Shown here: positions 1 through 13,981 of the stretch, piece by piece
Numbering within the stretch: position 1 is the first letter of the stretch
How the letters are laid out: each line of letters starts with the position of its first letter
NCBI GenBank assembly: GCA_964252035.1
Contig: CAXUOO010000127.1
Origin: Podarcis erhardii
Taxonomy: Eukaryota
Length of the DNA stretch: 64,000 nucleotides
Reading direction: 5' to 3' (one strand)
Program-made: the position numbers and the translations under genes
Notes under the pieces: generated by a model
What the model was told of the DNA's origin: nothing
Seen by the model: only the letters and a program-made list of their open reading frames with translations
Databases searched by the model: none

Positions 1-150
1 CACGGCTCTCTTTCCTCGAGTGGACTATTCCGCACTCGCCCATAGAAACATGAGAAGTGCCGCTTTGCAGTGCCAAAAACCAAGTGTATTTTTTCTTTCT
101 GTGGAACTGTGGAGCAAGTCGCAAAAGCTGCTCACTTCTTTCTCGTGCAG

Positions 151-283
151 AAAATGCTTCTGATGTTTTGTTGGTGTGTTCAAGTGTAGGGATGCCTTTT
201 TCAGGCTTCACGCACCCCCTGGTGTACGATGTGATGCATACCAAGAACCAGATTATTGGCGCATTGCATTTGACAGATAACAG
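151..283 (+). CDS. Putative internal exon of an unidentified gene entering from the left edge
   Basis: Pyrimidine-rich acceptor cttctttctcgtgcag (ends 150), an open frame (..GFTHPLVYDVMHTKNQIIGALHLTDN) and consensus donor AG|gtgagt at 284. Product not recognised. Confidence 0.35.
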
Positions 284-2708
284 GTGAGTGCCTAAGCTGA
301 ATTAAAGTCGACGGTTTCCAGGTGCCACAAACGTAGATCGCTGCCGTTTGCCGTTATGTCTTCTTCATCCAAGGCACCTTGCGTTGCTGTTGTGTTCAGG
401 ATATGGTGGCTGCTGCAGAAACTATAACAGTGTGTAGCTCTTAGGAGCTTTTAATGGTGCATCTGCTGGAACAGGCTTTGTCTGTCACGTGAGATACTGA
501 CGCCCAGCAGTATACACACTCCAGCTTATTTAGAGCTACTTTTGTTTCAGGTCGCTACTGATTCACTTTCCTTCAAAATGACAGGAGTGTACTGTTATTC
601 AGTTTACATATCCGGGTAGTGCTTCATTTACGAGAGGGTGGAGACAACGTTTGCTTCTTTCATACAGATCCTGCTGTCTATGATTTGGCTTTTCGGCCGA
701 TTTGAAAAATGTTCACTTTTGAAGAGCTGCTTCTTTTTCTTACCTAAAGTTGTGTATCTGATGAGGGCTTCAGATACCTGAAAAAAAAACAACTAGATGC
801 CGCCGTTGAATATATAGTACCGCACATGCCCGAAACGGTTTCAATATCACAGATGGGCTGATATCTGCTTAGAGGACAATCTCTATTCTTTTTCTTAGTT
901 CTGTTAGACCTTTACTGAGACCTCAAATTGAATGCGGGTGCCATCCCGCCAGAAGAGCTGTACGGTTTCACGTGGAACTACTAAACACTGAAGTTGTCAC
1001 TGCTGAAGAAGGTCCTTGAATTTTTTATAGAGGTTTGAGCTCTAATGTAGACATGACCTTTTTTCTGAATGGGGGCTGCTATCTAAGGTTCGAGATCCCT
1101 TAAAACGTGGCACTTCAGCGACAAATATAACGCAGGAGTAACTAGCCTGACTGGCGCATTAAAGTATAACGCAAATTTCTTCTAAAGTGGGCAGCAGAAG
1201 TCCGAGGAATCTCAAGCAAGCAAGTCAGAAGTAGGGATTCGAAACATCACGCTTATCACCGGAATCTAGCCGTAGCGGCTTTTACATAATGGTCGTTGCA
1301 GTCGAGGACAGCGAGCTGCTGAATATTAGTGTAGTCAACTAAGTACAACAGCAAGCATCTTAGTCGTGGAGAGTCAAGGTGCCATAGACCATACTTCAGT
1401 AAATGTCAAATGCGTCGGATCTATGTTGAACATGTTCGTGAAATAAGTGGGCTAGTGAAGTAGGGGTAGATAGACTAAATATTCTAGAGGCTTCTTCTGT
1501 TGAAGCATTCTTTGCAATGCACAGCTGAACTCCGCGTTTAGCTACCCGCTCCTCTTTCGTTAGAATCACGAAGTAGAGGTCACTATAAGCAATAGAAAAA
1601 TCCTTTTAAGTTCATTATAGCTCTCGAAACAGCATACCTTTCTCGTCACTGAGGTGTGCTTGATACAGTTTTTCCGAGTGTGGAGGGAATTATATATCAT
1701 GCGCCGCTTGGTGACTAATTTGTACGACTTTGGGTGTGCAAATGAGCACGATCGAATGGGTTTGCAAGGATGATTAGATCGCACATTATAGACGAAGAGC
1801 TGAGTATCTTTGGTAACTATGGATTGACAATGTTCCGTTTCTCCTACTGTATGCTTGTGCCGGGCCGTATCCAACACTTCAGAATAATCATGACCTCAAA
1901 CTATTCTTATAAACACACAGACGTCTAGTACACCAGTTACTAGTAGTAGAAGCATTTTCGCGAGCGTGCTCTCGCTCTGCTGCGTTGCTCCAAAGAAAAT
2001 TCTGCACCGGCTGCGCAGAGGCAGTTGCTGGCGTGTTTCGGGCTCCTTGTCCCACGTGTTCACGCAGACTCACCTGAAATCAGCGCAGTGAAATGAAACT
2101 AGCAAGACCGTTGCTGTACATTCCTCCTGTGTGAGCGTAGAGGATCCATTATGCTACTCATTCTGCGGAATTCAGAAGAGCCTTCATGGAATTTAAAAAC
2201 GTAGAGATCAGAGCTAGTCCATGAGCAATAAGTATTTCGTCGTGAAGAGAAACATTTCCTTCCCTGAAAGAGCACTTGTAGGATGCGCCAAAGGCAAACC
2301 TACTCTCCATGCCCACACGGCTCAGTTTTCGTATTGTAGTGCGGCAAAAGATAGCGGAAAAGATAATTAACTCTTCTATACTCCCAATTCCGCGTTGTGA
2401 GTCCTTCATGCTTCGAATTTAGTCTGCTCGTCAGTGACAAGAGCTCTAGCTTCAAAATTTTGAGAAACTGCGTGTGAAAAACTGCACTCGAGGCGGAATT
2501 TTCAGTTCCGAGTGTAAGTTTCTACTGAAACAAGTTAGCATCATCTAGTGTCACAGAAAGGTTTCTCATATTCCTGCAATAGGTCAAGTGGTTGAAAAGA
2601 TGTTGCGCTTGATTGTTATTTTCACCCTATACCTAGTCAGTTAGTCTTGCTCAGCTTCTTGTCGCCGCAAAATCATTGACAACCCATTTCAGAGAAGGAA
2701 GCCAAAAC

Positions 2709-3868
2709 ATGCCGGCAGACGTAAATCTGTTGGCTGAGAGCCCGCTGAGTGTGATAGACCAGGATGAAGAATTGGAATCTTCAAACGAATCAATGAAGAT
2801 GTGATTTATCAATTACAGAAAATGTTTTCTGTCTGATCATGGAACATGTGAGAAGGATGAAAGAAGCTCGCATTCGAGCCCAGAGAATGCAGAAGAACTT
2901 CTTCTAGCGCTTAACATGCTGCAAATCCCTCAAAAGTCTTTTTAGGAAGACCAAATTTTCTCGCCATTTACTCTGAATACTAAGGAGGCTGCTGCAGGTT
3001 AGAGCTCTACAGAACTCTACACGTTCATCAACTATTCGAAAGAACGTATTTTTGACAGGTGTCCTACTGCAGATATTGCATACAGGTATTCAAAAGAGAA
3101 ATTCAAACTGACAATTGGGCGAATCATTGAGGTTTCTTGAGTATCTGCAGAGCATATCTCGGTACAGAATTGCACACCGCGAAACTTGTAAAAGTATTCA
3201 CTATGCTGGAAGCAATTGACGCTGCAGCTATTGACGTAATTGACAAATTGATTAGCCTTATAGCAAGAACAATAGAAACCGTGGAGGACGTTTTGGACGG
3301 GATAACCTTCCAGACACTCAACACGAAAGGTTAAAGTCATAATTTGCCTGACGTCCTCTGCGGGACATGTTAGATAACACACGCTCGCCTATTTTAAGTA
3401 TTTGGCCACGACAAGCCTCTAGCATTCGGCTGCACAAGAAAAGTCAGCAAATCAAGCTTGAAGAATACAAGTCGAGTAGTGAGTCCATTGAAATCATTTC
3501 GACGAAAACGGGTGAGGATTTAAAGTCAGCAAATCAAGCTTGAAGAATACAAGTCGAGTAGTGAGTCCATTGATATCATTTCGACGAAAACGGGTGAGGA
3601 TTTACCGGCAGAACACAAGTCGGGTGAGGCTGATGAAATTTTTCAGCGTTTGAAGCTGCAGCGATGCCTGAGAGAACTACGGCCTATGAACATGAAATTG
3701 ACTGAGATCCGCACTAAAGTGTCAACTCAAGCAATGATAAAAAATCGGATTTTGAGCCGAAGCCACTGTTGGTTCTTCATACACCGGCTGCACAAAATAA
3801 ACGACATCACAAGGAGCTTGCTCAAAGAGTTTGAAACAAACCTCTTAAGTGCGCCAAAGCAGATCTGA
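2709..3868 (+). pseudogene. Degraded intronless-looking ORF of unknown family
   Basis: ATG at 2709 followed by protein-like acidic and helical stretches (DQDEELESSNES; AEELLLALNML; LEAIDAAAIDVIDKLISLIARTIETVEDVL; DEIFQRLKLQRCLREL). These are interrupted by in-frame TGA/TAG/TAA codons, a frameshift near 3150-3180 and an 82-bp duplication. Confidence 0.4.
3440..3603. repeat. 82-bp tandem duplication (2 copies, 1 mismatch)
   Basis: aaagtcagcaaatcaagcttgaagaatacaagtcgagtagtgagtccattga(a/t)atcatttcgacgaaaacgggtgaggattt at 3440-3521 and 3522-3603. Confidence 0.97.
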
Positions 3869-6800
3869 TGCAGCCGATATTTGTTCATGCTTTGATAGCC
3901 ATACTTTAAAATGATAGTGTCAATGTCATCTAGAAAAAAGTAAACCTAATTTATGTCACCGCACTGCTTGAGGCTGTTTCCTCGTACGGATAGGATGAGG
4001 ACCTAACAACATTACAAAAAAAAACAAAAACTCTTTGCAATTGCACATGGTGATCTTCGCTATTGTTTGCTTTGCGTTATGTTCTTCCGGTCTGTGTCCG
4101 TACGATGTAGAGTTCCGCAAGCTATTCCGTTGTAATGCTCGCTGCCTTTTGCATCTCACATATACTTCTTCGTTTTCCTTGCAAACCAATAGCCGCGAGC
4201 GTGCCATTTGCACAACGTTCGTTTTTAGATAATTTGCATCATCTGTCGATAAGAGGCAGTCGTGTATAAGTGGCTCAATAACACTAAGATGGTGATATGT
4301 TTGTCGACAACCATATCAGCAAGGGAATCATGCATTGATCTAGAACTACAAAACGAAGCGCCAACTAGATTTTTTGCATTAAGAAAAAAGTAGAAGGATA
4401 CTGTCACTGCCTGCAAAGAACATTGGAAAGCTTTTTCTTTGTGGGTCTTCGAACACCTGCAGTGCAGACGTTCAAAATGGTAAACTCTTTCAGCGGCAGC
4501 ACCTTTGATTATATATCCAGAAAGCAACTCCACTGAGTAGTGCTATCCGTAAAAGACGCCATGCCTGCCAAACACACCCATATCATTCACCTGCTGTTTA
4601 TTGTCTACTGATGGTGCGTGTCACTTGGTATTCCGACAAAAGGTTGCTCTGAAAAATGACCGTTTGAAAGGCAGGCGATTCGTCATGATGCATGATGTGT
4701 TAGGCCTGGATATATTTGCAAGGTCTGTTGGCCAGCATATAGGGCAACATTAAAATCGTAATCGAAAGTATCAAATGTGCTGCTGCAATAATGCTCTTCG
4801 GTTGCGCGAAGGGCTTTTTTTTGTAGCGAGGCGCACTCGAGACTCCAAGAGTGCAAGTTCTCCTCTTGAGCTTCAGCTTATGTATTGATCACCGTATAAG
4901 AAAAATCGTACTGGTCAAAAGACTGAAAAAGTTTCGCGCACGATTCTTATGTTTCCTGAGATCATTTACTGGCTCTAGATTAGCTGCGATTTTGTATAGA
5001 CACTCTGTGTTCCTAAGAGCACTGAATAGCATTCAACGGTAAAAACTGTCAAACTTCTCAGCCGCGGTAGATGACTTTCTGAAGCGTTCATGCTTTTAGA
5101 TATAATTAACGGAAGGTTGTAGCTTCGTGCTGCTTATTGCACTGCAACCTGATATACTTAAAAAGGAAATCAAGTAACCTTACAACCCTCGACATTCCAG
5201 AAGCACCAACCATATCATATTCCACTTTCGGTGTATCTGTGATACTGCGGAAAAATTTTGTTGACCCAATACCAACTGCATCATATTTCTCCAGGACACA
5301 GGTTCAACTTTGGTGATCCAAGTGACATGCAAATATTGTGAACACCAGACGTACAAAATTTATTTATTATCATGTCTTTCGGAGAGGTACCACACGCAGA
5401 GACAAGCGCTGGAAAAGAAACCATGATTTCCAGTTCGCTGCGGATGAACTATGACCTCCTACACACATCAAAGCATTACAATAACTTTCATAGTTTACTT
5501 TGCAACAAGGAGTATCAGCATAGTCATCGCAGACGTCCAGACTTCACGATGGCTGTTTCGAACGCTTAGTTAGCTATCTATATGGATGATGGCACGTACT
5601 TTGCGGTCGGAATGCGAAAGATTTGATAAATGCAATGAAAGCAAAACAACAGAACATTTTTTACCAAAGGTAACCTGTCAAGCGCTGAAAAGCAATCGGC
5701 GCAGCCACCTACCTATTACCGCTGTGCATTGTGCCAGCATTATCTACCGAGATCAAGTTCAATTGCTTTTTTGTTTATACATATCCCTCAGCTGTTCGAA
5801 TGAATCAGAGATATTGATTTACAATGAAGATGTGCTATAATTTAATGAGATTTATAGGGCCTGTCGACGAGTTCCAGAACCTCGAAGGTATTGGCGAGCA
5901 AACGATTTCGCAAACTTCTTACGTAGGCGAATGGGTTTGTATAACGGAGTGATTCGCAGAGAGCGCAAGTTCCAACAGCTGGAATTGAGACTCGGGACGC
6001 CAAGGATCAAAACATTTACCTGGCAGCAGGCGAAAAGGCTGGCAGCTTGCGAAAAAGGTTTACAGTTTCAAGGCCACCGCATGCAACAACGGCAGCAGTA
6101 CCGATTTGAGCACCATCCGAACAAGCTTCTCTTTCTCTCTCGCTCTCTAAATCGACTTTCCGTACAAATATATATGTATATATATTATATATAAGCAAAG
6201 CTCGCAACAACCTGTTAATAAAATAGATAAAAAATTCACAATGAAAAAACCACAAGCTGTAGTCACAATTTTACGGCGAAGAATGTCAACGAAAGCTCAG
6301 ACACAAAAGGCGAGGACATTTAAAATGGAGAAGACGATGTGTTGCGTAAAAAGCTGCGACTTGCTAAGGGGGAAAACGATTTCAACTTACCCGTGACTGC
6401 ACATGTACCACACATCACCGAAGGTTAAACGATGCGTTAACACTGCTGGAAAACACATTCCCTCATAAACAGTTTCCGCAAGATGGCTACAACGTATCAT
6501 TCTGTAAAGAGTTCCAAAGAGTCTGTACCGATAGAATATTGAACTCATCGAATCAAACAGGTATCGCATAATATCGCTTGTACGCTAAGTATCTTTATTA
6601 CCGCGCAGCCTACGATCACCTTAGCCTTTAACCTTTGCAAAACATTCATCTATGCGACGTACCACTATGACTGAGTAGGAAGCGATTTGCTATTCGAATG
6701 TCCTCAGTAGAATGTGTTGACTCCAGCTAAAATAATTTAAGATAGAAAACTCTTCCACCAGGAAAGCATAGTTTTTTCGAAAGTGCTGAAGACTACCCCT

Positions 6801-8621
6801 ACATGTGGCAGACATGGTAGCGTGCAAGTCGAGAATGAGTGCAACATAAATTCGAGATTCCACTAGGGAACATATTTGTCACCGCAAAAACTATTGATTC
6901 TAGAGAAACTCTGGTTTTAGAAAAATTGTGTTTCGAAAACCAATTTTTTTAGCACATCAAGAGCTAGTTCAAGGAGATTCTGGCTTCGAAAATTTTCATT
7001 GTCGGCCTCGCTCTATCTCAGTTCACACTCTCAAGTGCTGGGCCAGAAAAAACCGCCAGACGCATACGGCTAAGTTGCTTGGATGGCACGTTGCCGTCGA
7101 CACACTGAGAGTTCAGCTGTTGCGATCGATTCGGGGATGTATACATGGCATCCCATTTGGATTGATGAAACAACTAATCAAGGAGAAGAGATTGATGAAG
7201 GAGTAGTGCACCTAGCCCATTTATTCGGAACACTTTCGGAGTTTATGTACACGCATATTCCGAATCAGGTTCATGTGTCATATCTGACAATATTCAAGTG
7301 TGACCAAGTCCCTTCTCAACTCCGACACTTCTAAATCCATCATCTGCAAGCGTCGATGCAAGTTGGACTACACAGCAACTCATAATCATCCAGATTACAG
7401 TGTTGCAGTAGAGTGAACAATGGTAAAAAAGCGTTAACAATTTCAAAAAATTTTACCTCTAATCCTCTGCCTCACAAGCCGCAAGCCGCCGCTTATGTCC
7501 GACTCGCAGAAAAAGCTTCCGTGAAGTGCGCTCTTTCAGGAATAATAGTAGATGATATCATTCAGACGCATATTGACTAAAGAAATCACACGGTGCACCT
7601 GATGCATCTTGCCAACTAGACGAACACTCTAACAAGTAAAATAAGCGTCGAGCAATAGCATACATACATTACGAACTTCAGACGGAATGGTAGCTCAGCT
7701 GTAAGCACATCTCATCAGAGCGCTGAAGCATGCTGGAAGCAAACGTCGGAAAAGAGTGGCTTTTCTTGGTCAAAAAGGCTAGTTGGTAGTTCATAAACAA
7801 AACTCTTAAAAAAGTGATTTTTTTCTTGCGGTGCAAGCACTTTTGCTGCACGCGAGCTGCTTCAAAGATAGCGTCTGAACAGTCTCGTCTTTTATATGCA
7901 GAAGCCGACGCTCCTTCTCAGCCTGCCGTTGCAGTTTTCTTAAAGCAACACTCCTCGATAGCTACAGTGTTGATCAAATTGCGAAATACAAGACGGACGC
8001 ACCGCAACAACTTTGCCTGAACGCTGCTTTGTACATTAAAAAGACCGTCAGCACACGCTCCAACGCAAACACCAATGAGCACGAAGAAGGAAACTGTTTG
8101 AATCAAAGCACACTTGCTCTACCCACGCATCGCCTACATACTATGTTAGCTATGGAGGATTCCGAATTTAAATTCAGTTTTTCTTCAACTTCAAAATAAG
8201 TAAGCAGCACTCCCAACAGGCCAGTCTTGAACCCATTTACGGCTTGTGTGACTGACGCCGCCTACACCGTTTTCGTAATGTTTTGCGCACTGTCCGACTG
8301 GCTGCCGCTGTGTTGGCTCGAAGTGCTTTCCTCTTCACTATAGTCGAAAGAGACTGTAAGCACACATAAGCGCAGCTCCGTCAAGTCGAACGAATTACAC
8401 CAAACTTTCAAACTGTTCGAGCGTACTGGAGATGTGACACTCGACACAAAAATGTTCAGCTTTGCACCATAAAAGTATGAAAGCACTAACATCGAGTTGA
8501 CTATGGACATATGCCTATCATTATGTTTGAGTAAATTTACACCTATTTTGTAATTATACATTGTGCCTCCTTGCTTGCTTTCATCTAGTCTCGATATATG
8601 TAAAAATTTGGAAATTACGTG

Positions 8622-11600
8622 CTAACTCGCCAGTGTAACAATAGCGCGTTTTCGGTGTGACACGAAAAATGCTTCAACATAACGTGCAAATGTCTGCAAA
8701 CCTCATGACAAAAAAACGGAATAGAATACAAGGGAAAACCCCACCTTCAGAGCCTTTGGTCGGTGCTTTTCTCTCAACATAGTCGGGTTTAAACGGATAT
8801 ACGCAAAAGGTTCCACTTTGCTATTCTTCTTAATGTCGCCCTTGGCGTTCCTCGCCCTAAAAGCCTCTCCACTTTGCTGCACAAAATGTCCGCCCCGTTT
8901 TTGTTGTTTCGCTGCCTTCAGTGCTGCACGGCGAGCTGAAAGGATGCTAAGAGTTGGTCGCTTATCAGATTTGACCTTCGTCTGAGCCTGTTTTATAATT
9001 TATTCATGAGCAACAAATCTTCACATCCACTGTTTGTGAAACTTATCCATGAAATGGACGTTAATTAGAGGCACATTCCCTCACAAGATTGTGGATTTAC
9101 CCGTAACGATAAGGAGTTCGTAACGTGTAAAAAAAAAAATCGACTACGTGGGTTTGAGGATATCCATGCAAGACAAACTAGCTAGCCTCGTTCTATTCAT
9201 CTCGGACATACATATAAGATGGCAATAACAACTGTTTGCAGCCAATAAGGCGTATATCTGCTAGAGAGGAAGAAAAATGGCGCAGCCGACAGCGAATGAG
9301 GTACAGAAGGAAGACGGAGCACGCCCAACCCGTGCGTATGTTATCCCATAGAGATCAACTGTCGCAGATTGCTGCCGCGTCTCAAAAATTCAAAATAGAT
9401 CGCAAACAGCACAGTGTGCAACCTTCTCTTCTACAGCTCACAAAAGCTCCTATCACATGCACTCAAATGTACGACAGCTGCGCAGAGAGTTTGCGCTTGT
9501 GAGAGGAAACAGTGTCTCGGCTAAACATATAATTTGAATATAGTGTTGCTCATTGACAAAAGAAATATCACGGATTAATCGAGGTAGTTCATATCAAATA
9601 TACCATAAACACAGAAGCGCTTACCACGACCAACTTTTTCAAACGAGTATGAAGTAAATCCGCGTCACTGGCCAATTTCCTTCTTCGCGACGTAGCAGCG
9701 GCTGAAATCGTACAGCAATTAACATACAGATTCAATACTGAACAAGATTGGCTATTCAGTGCAAGTATGCCACCCGCAACCTTGTAGCCTCTGCCAAATT
9801 TGAATAATTTCCCTCACCGGTAGCTTCAGTGTTTGAAAAATTTACCCGTCTTGCACAGGTCTTTGAAGTGTCGAGAACGGTAGTAGTAGCTCAAAGCAAC
9901 AAACTGCACTATACTCTGAGCTACATTTCGAGTCATCAATCATTTCTCCCGCTCAACTGATGCAGAACCACACTATATGCTGAATGTCAAGGAAATAATA
10001 CGATAAATCGGATCATCTCATTTTTCGCCCCACAATTGCCTATCATTTGAACATCGTTGCATAGTATATTGCCGAAAGCTTCTTCAGCTTTGTAGTGAAT
10101 CCACTGACATCAATGGGCAAGAGAGGTGTTTTGGCGCTTTCTACAGCCACAGCTTCCACTGAGTTTTCCATTTCCAACTTTTATCTGTCAACTTTGAAAC
10201 AGCCTCTACAGTCAGTGATAGCCGCAAGCGTACCTATTTTCATATTAATGAAGCATAACAATTGTTTTTTCGGATAAGCGAGTAGGGGGATCACTTTGGC
10301 AAATTTATAACCTCACCTGTTTTTTCTGTCTCAGCCTCGCTGGCTGACTCAATAACGACAAGACGGCCCTCCTCATTCCACATAGTTCTCCCTTTGCTTC
10401 CTTTTTTCTCTGACACGCATGTATCTCCAAAAGCGGCTTTTGTGCGTTTACGCATGCTCATATTAACAAGCACCTGGTGGGGAGCCGTGGATAAAAAGTC
10501 TAGAGGGACTTCTCCACCTCTACCTTCAGCAACACATACAAATTCTCTGGGATGTTTGCCTCGAGCCTGCAGCAACGTAAAAATAAAAACCATTTGAGCG
10601 TTCAACGTCTGCTGTACGTATGCATATATATGTATACACGTCTGTGTGCATGTACGAATAGTCTTGATTTTATTATCCGTAGAACAACTGCCTTGCTTCT
10701 TCTAGAAAAAAAATTGAGTCCATCCTTGCCGTCAATCACATTCCGAGATATGATTTAAAGCGTGCAAAGGTAGAAGACTTATTAGTCAGAGCAACTTGAA
10801 GCTCCACCGCTGCTGTTGTATCCAAATTTTGCCCGGTTCAGAAAACAACCGTGCGTTATATAAGATGAAATTCCGTGACGTTATTCATATCAGTTTGCCA
10901 TCCGATGATACATGCTATCTGACGCACCGCACCAGCTCAACACTGCTGTGGCCACTTCTTGCAGTAACTCACTCTCTTCCTTGAAAAGCCCTCTTTCACG
11001 TCAAAGTGGTAGTCATCTTCTTGTCCTTCCTCATAAGCGTCAAGCATTTCTTTTAAAAAAGCAGCAGAAGGTTCCAGTCCCTGCTTTTTGGCAACAGCAA
11101 GACGCATAGCCTCTCTTGCTCCGCTTTCCGGAGCTTCGTCAGTGTCCGCATCCTGCACATCGCACGATACTATTCAAAGCGGCTTTACTTGCAGAGCTTG
11201 TTGAATGCTGTACAGAGCACTTGACTACGGCACAAGCATATACTTCAGACTGTTGTGCTTGAGGTCAGCGCATAAGTTTGATACGCCCACTTCTGATTGT
11301 CCCGGAACATATTCAGCATCAAATTCATACCCCACCCTACTTTACAAAAGGAAATGCGCAAACTAAGGCACAGGAGCATCTCCGGACTTGACAAATCAGC
11401 ACGCAACGCGTGCGACGAATAAGATGTGGTGAAAATAAATAATCATTTAAGGATGCAAGAAAATAGGGCAAAGCAGTATTAATGACGGCACAGAGACTTA
11501 CACACAGCACCAGAAGCAGCGGCTTCTGATAAATTTTACCTCTAAGACGTGTTGAATGGGCGCAGCTAAAGGTGACAACGCATACGAGAAGAACTCTATC

Positions 11601-12269
11601 TACGTTGTAGTTATTTTCAGCGACTTCGCTGTGCACAGGAAAAAGCTGTCACGAGTGAGAGTCAAGAACGCAATTGATTCGACGGAAACCACATCCACAA
11701 AAGCATGTCTCTGCGACATCCTGGGGGTGTGCGCTTGAATCTTACTCTAAACAAACACAGAAAATCATACACACCCGTCATACGGCTACTTAAGCATGCC
11801 TATAGACACGTGAAAATTGAATGTATCTACATTCGTGTGATATCCTCATACTTTCTCGCTACTAAATGGCTTGCGAGTATATGCATGTGATCGCATTTTT
11901 CACTTTTATTCTGATTATGCAGGATGAAAATGAAAACACATGTGTTTCAGGATCTAGCAAGAGAGTAAAAGCTCTTCAAAACAATACTGTGGATTCTGCA
12001 TCAGTTGAGCAACCGATTATCCTTACACTGTTATCTGCCTTCGCAGCACTACTTGTTTCGCACTCTCTGTCCCCTTCTATTTCTTCTTCAAATTCATCGA
12101 AATTACGTTGCTGTTTTTTTTTCTTGCCACCGCCCTCTTCGTCAGAATCATCGATGCGCCCCATCGAGTGTATTTCTTCTCCAGATTCGTCATTTAACAA
12201 ATTCTCCGCCTATCCACACATGAAATTTTTAGGAGATGAAGCACAACCGATACAATGTCTACACTCCTA

Positions 12270-12306
<37 letters not shown>

Positions 12307-13936
12307 GTATGTGTGCGTGTATGCACCTCTCTTAAATGCACACAAGGCCGTACATGTGGGAAATATTTTGTCAACAGAGTTAAGGACAAAAAGTAGCTAG
12401 AAAGCATTTTACCACGCAGGTAAAGGCAAGAACGCGTAAAACTGTGTGAATAATCTGAGCTCAGTGAGAGTAGACTTTCACGGAGAAACGCAATTGTTGT
12501 GCAATAACGTGTGGAAAAGTCCCGCATTTGCTGGTCAAGTCTTCATCACTAACTCAATATCATTTCGCATGATCGATATAAGACACCGCACGCGTCTCCC
12601 TACAAAACAAAAGTGACCAAAAAATGTCACATGGACCGGGTAGTGGTGAAGAGAAACTGTCTATCGGGCAGATCCATAGATAGTCAACAACCATGCTGAT
12701 AAACGTGCTTATGTTTGCGCTTATGTGCGAAACTCATCGGTCTGTTCGAGAATAAGAACGAGTGTAAATCTGCAAATTCAGCCTTTTGACATATGCTCTG
12801 CTGTTCAAATGTAAAGAAGGTTGGACCGGACATTTACCAAAAATATATATATTAAGATGCTGCACTCATACCTGCGCAAGGCTGCGCATCTGCTGCCTTC
12901 GAATATCTCGCTGTACATGCCGCAGCAAAGCGTAGTGTTCCTTCGGGAAAACCGCTTGCAATGAAACATCTCCCTTAAAACAGGAATAGCAACAGCATAT
13001 CACAAAATACAAATGGAATCCTTCAACGTAGCGCAAAAAGAGCGGAATTGTAAATTTGGACTGCAAACGTGCAGCTACGGGAGAACTTTTAGACGTTAGC
13101 TTCATCACAAATTAAAGTTCGACTAAGGTATGGAGACAGTCACTTGAATCACACAAAAAAATACGACACGACAACAGCGCGATACAATGGCGACGCGACT
13201 AGAGACTAGCCTTTGACCGCAGCGCCATGGCGAATTTTTATCGAAAGGAGGGCCTTTTGTGTGGGTTTGGTAGTAAGAAATGCTATTCGTACCTTTACAG
13301 TCGACCTTACGTGTCCCCACATGTACATGACCATCTGCTAATAAATCCACGTTCGAAAAGTACGCGTGGGCATACACATGCTTATATAAACAGAATTATG
13401 CGGAAAATGAGTTGTCAGGCGAAGTCTACAAATACTAAATGTAACGCGAAATATATGGAATTCTAGACATACATATCACAGCGTCTCGAAATTGTGCCCA
13501 AGTTCTTCTCTCAGTAATATACAGACTGATCGAAAGTCCTTAATTACACGGCATAGTATACTGCACAGTATCTGCCGAGGAGTTACCAAAAAATGTCCAC
13601 CGTTTCCAATGAGAGCATCTGCTTAAACAGTTCAATACCAAAATTGTGATACTGTTGTAGCGCTGATCATATATTATGTCACCCAAAAGTACTGAGGCAT
13701 AAATTGACAAGCATAGATTCAGCGTTTTATACACCATAGTTACAGAATTCGTGAAGTTTCATTCTTTATACAATCTTGGCAAACCTTCAAAATGAGGTAT
13801 TGCCTGCATTACATAGACTGCGAGAAGTGCGACGATTGGGCAATACATATGCATACATGTTTGCATATAAGTATATATATATATACATATATATATACAG
13901 ACAAGCCTTTCTGGACTGCATCCTTCGCTTTCTCTG

Positions 13937-13981
<45 letters not shown>

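Noticed and set aside
8342-8472. Plus-strand ELHQTFKLFERTGDVTLD resembling an EF-hand
   Set aside because: Calcium-ligand positions are not conserved, the frame is short, and no paired EF-hand is present.
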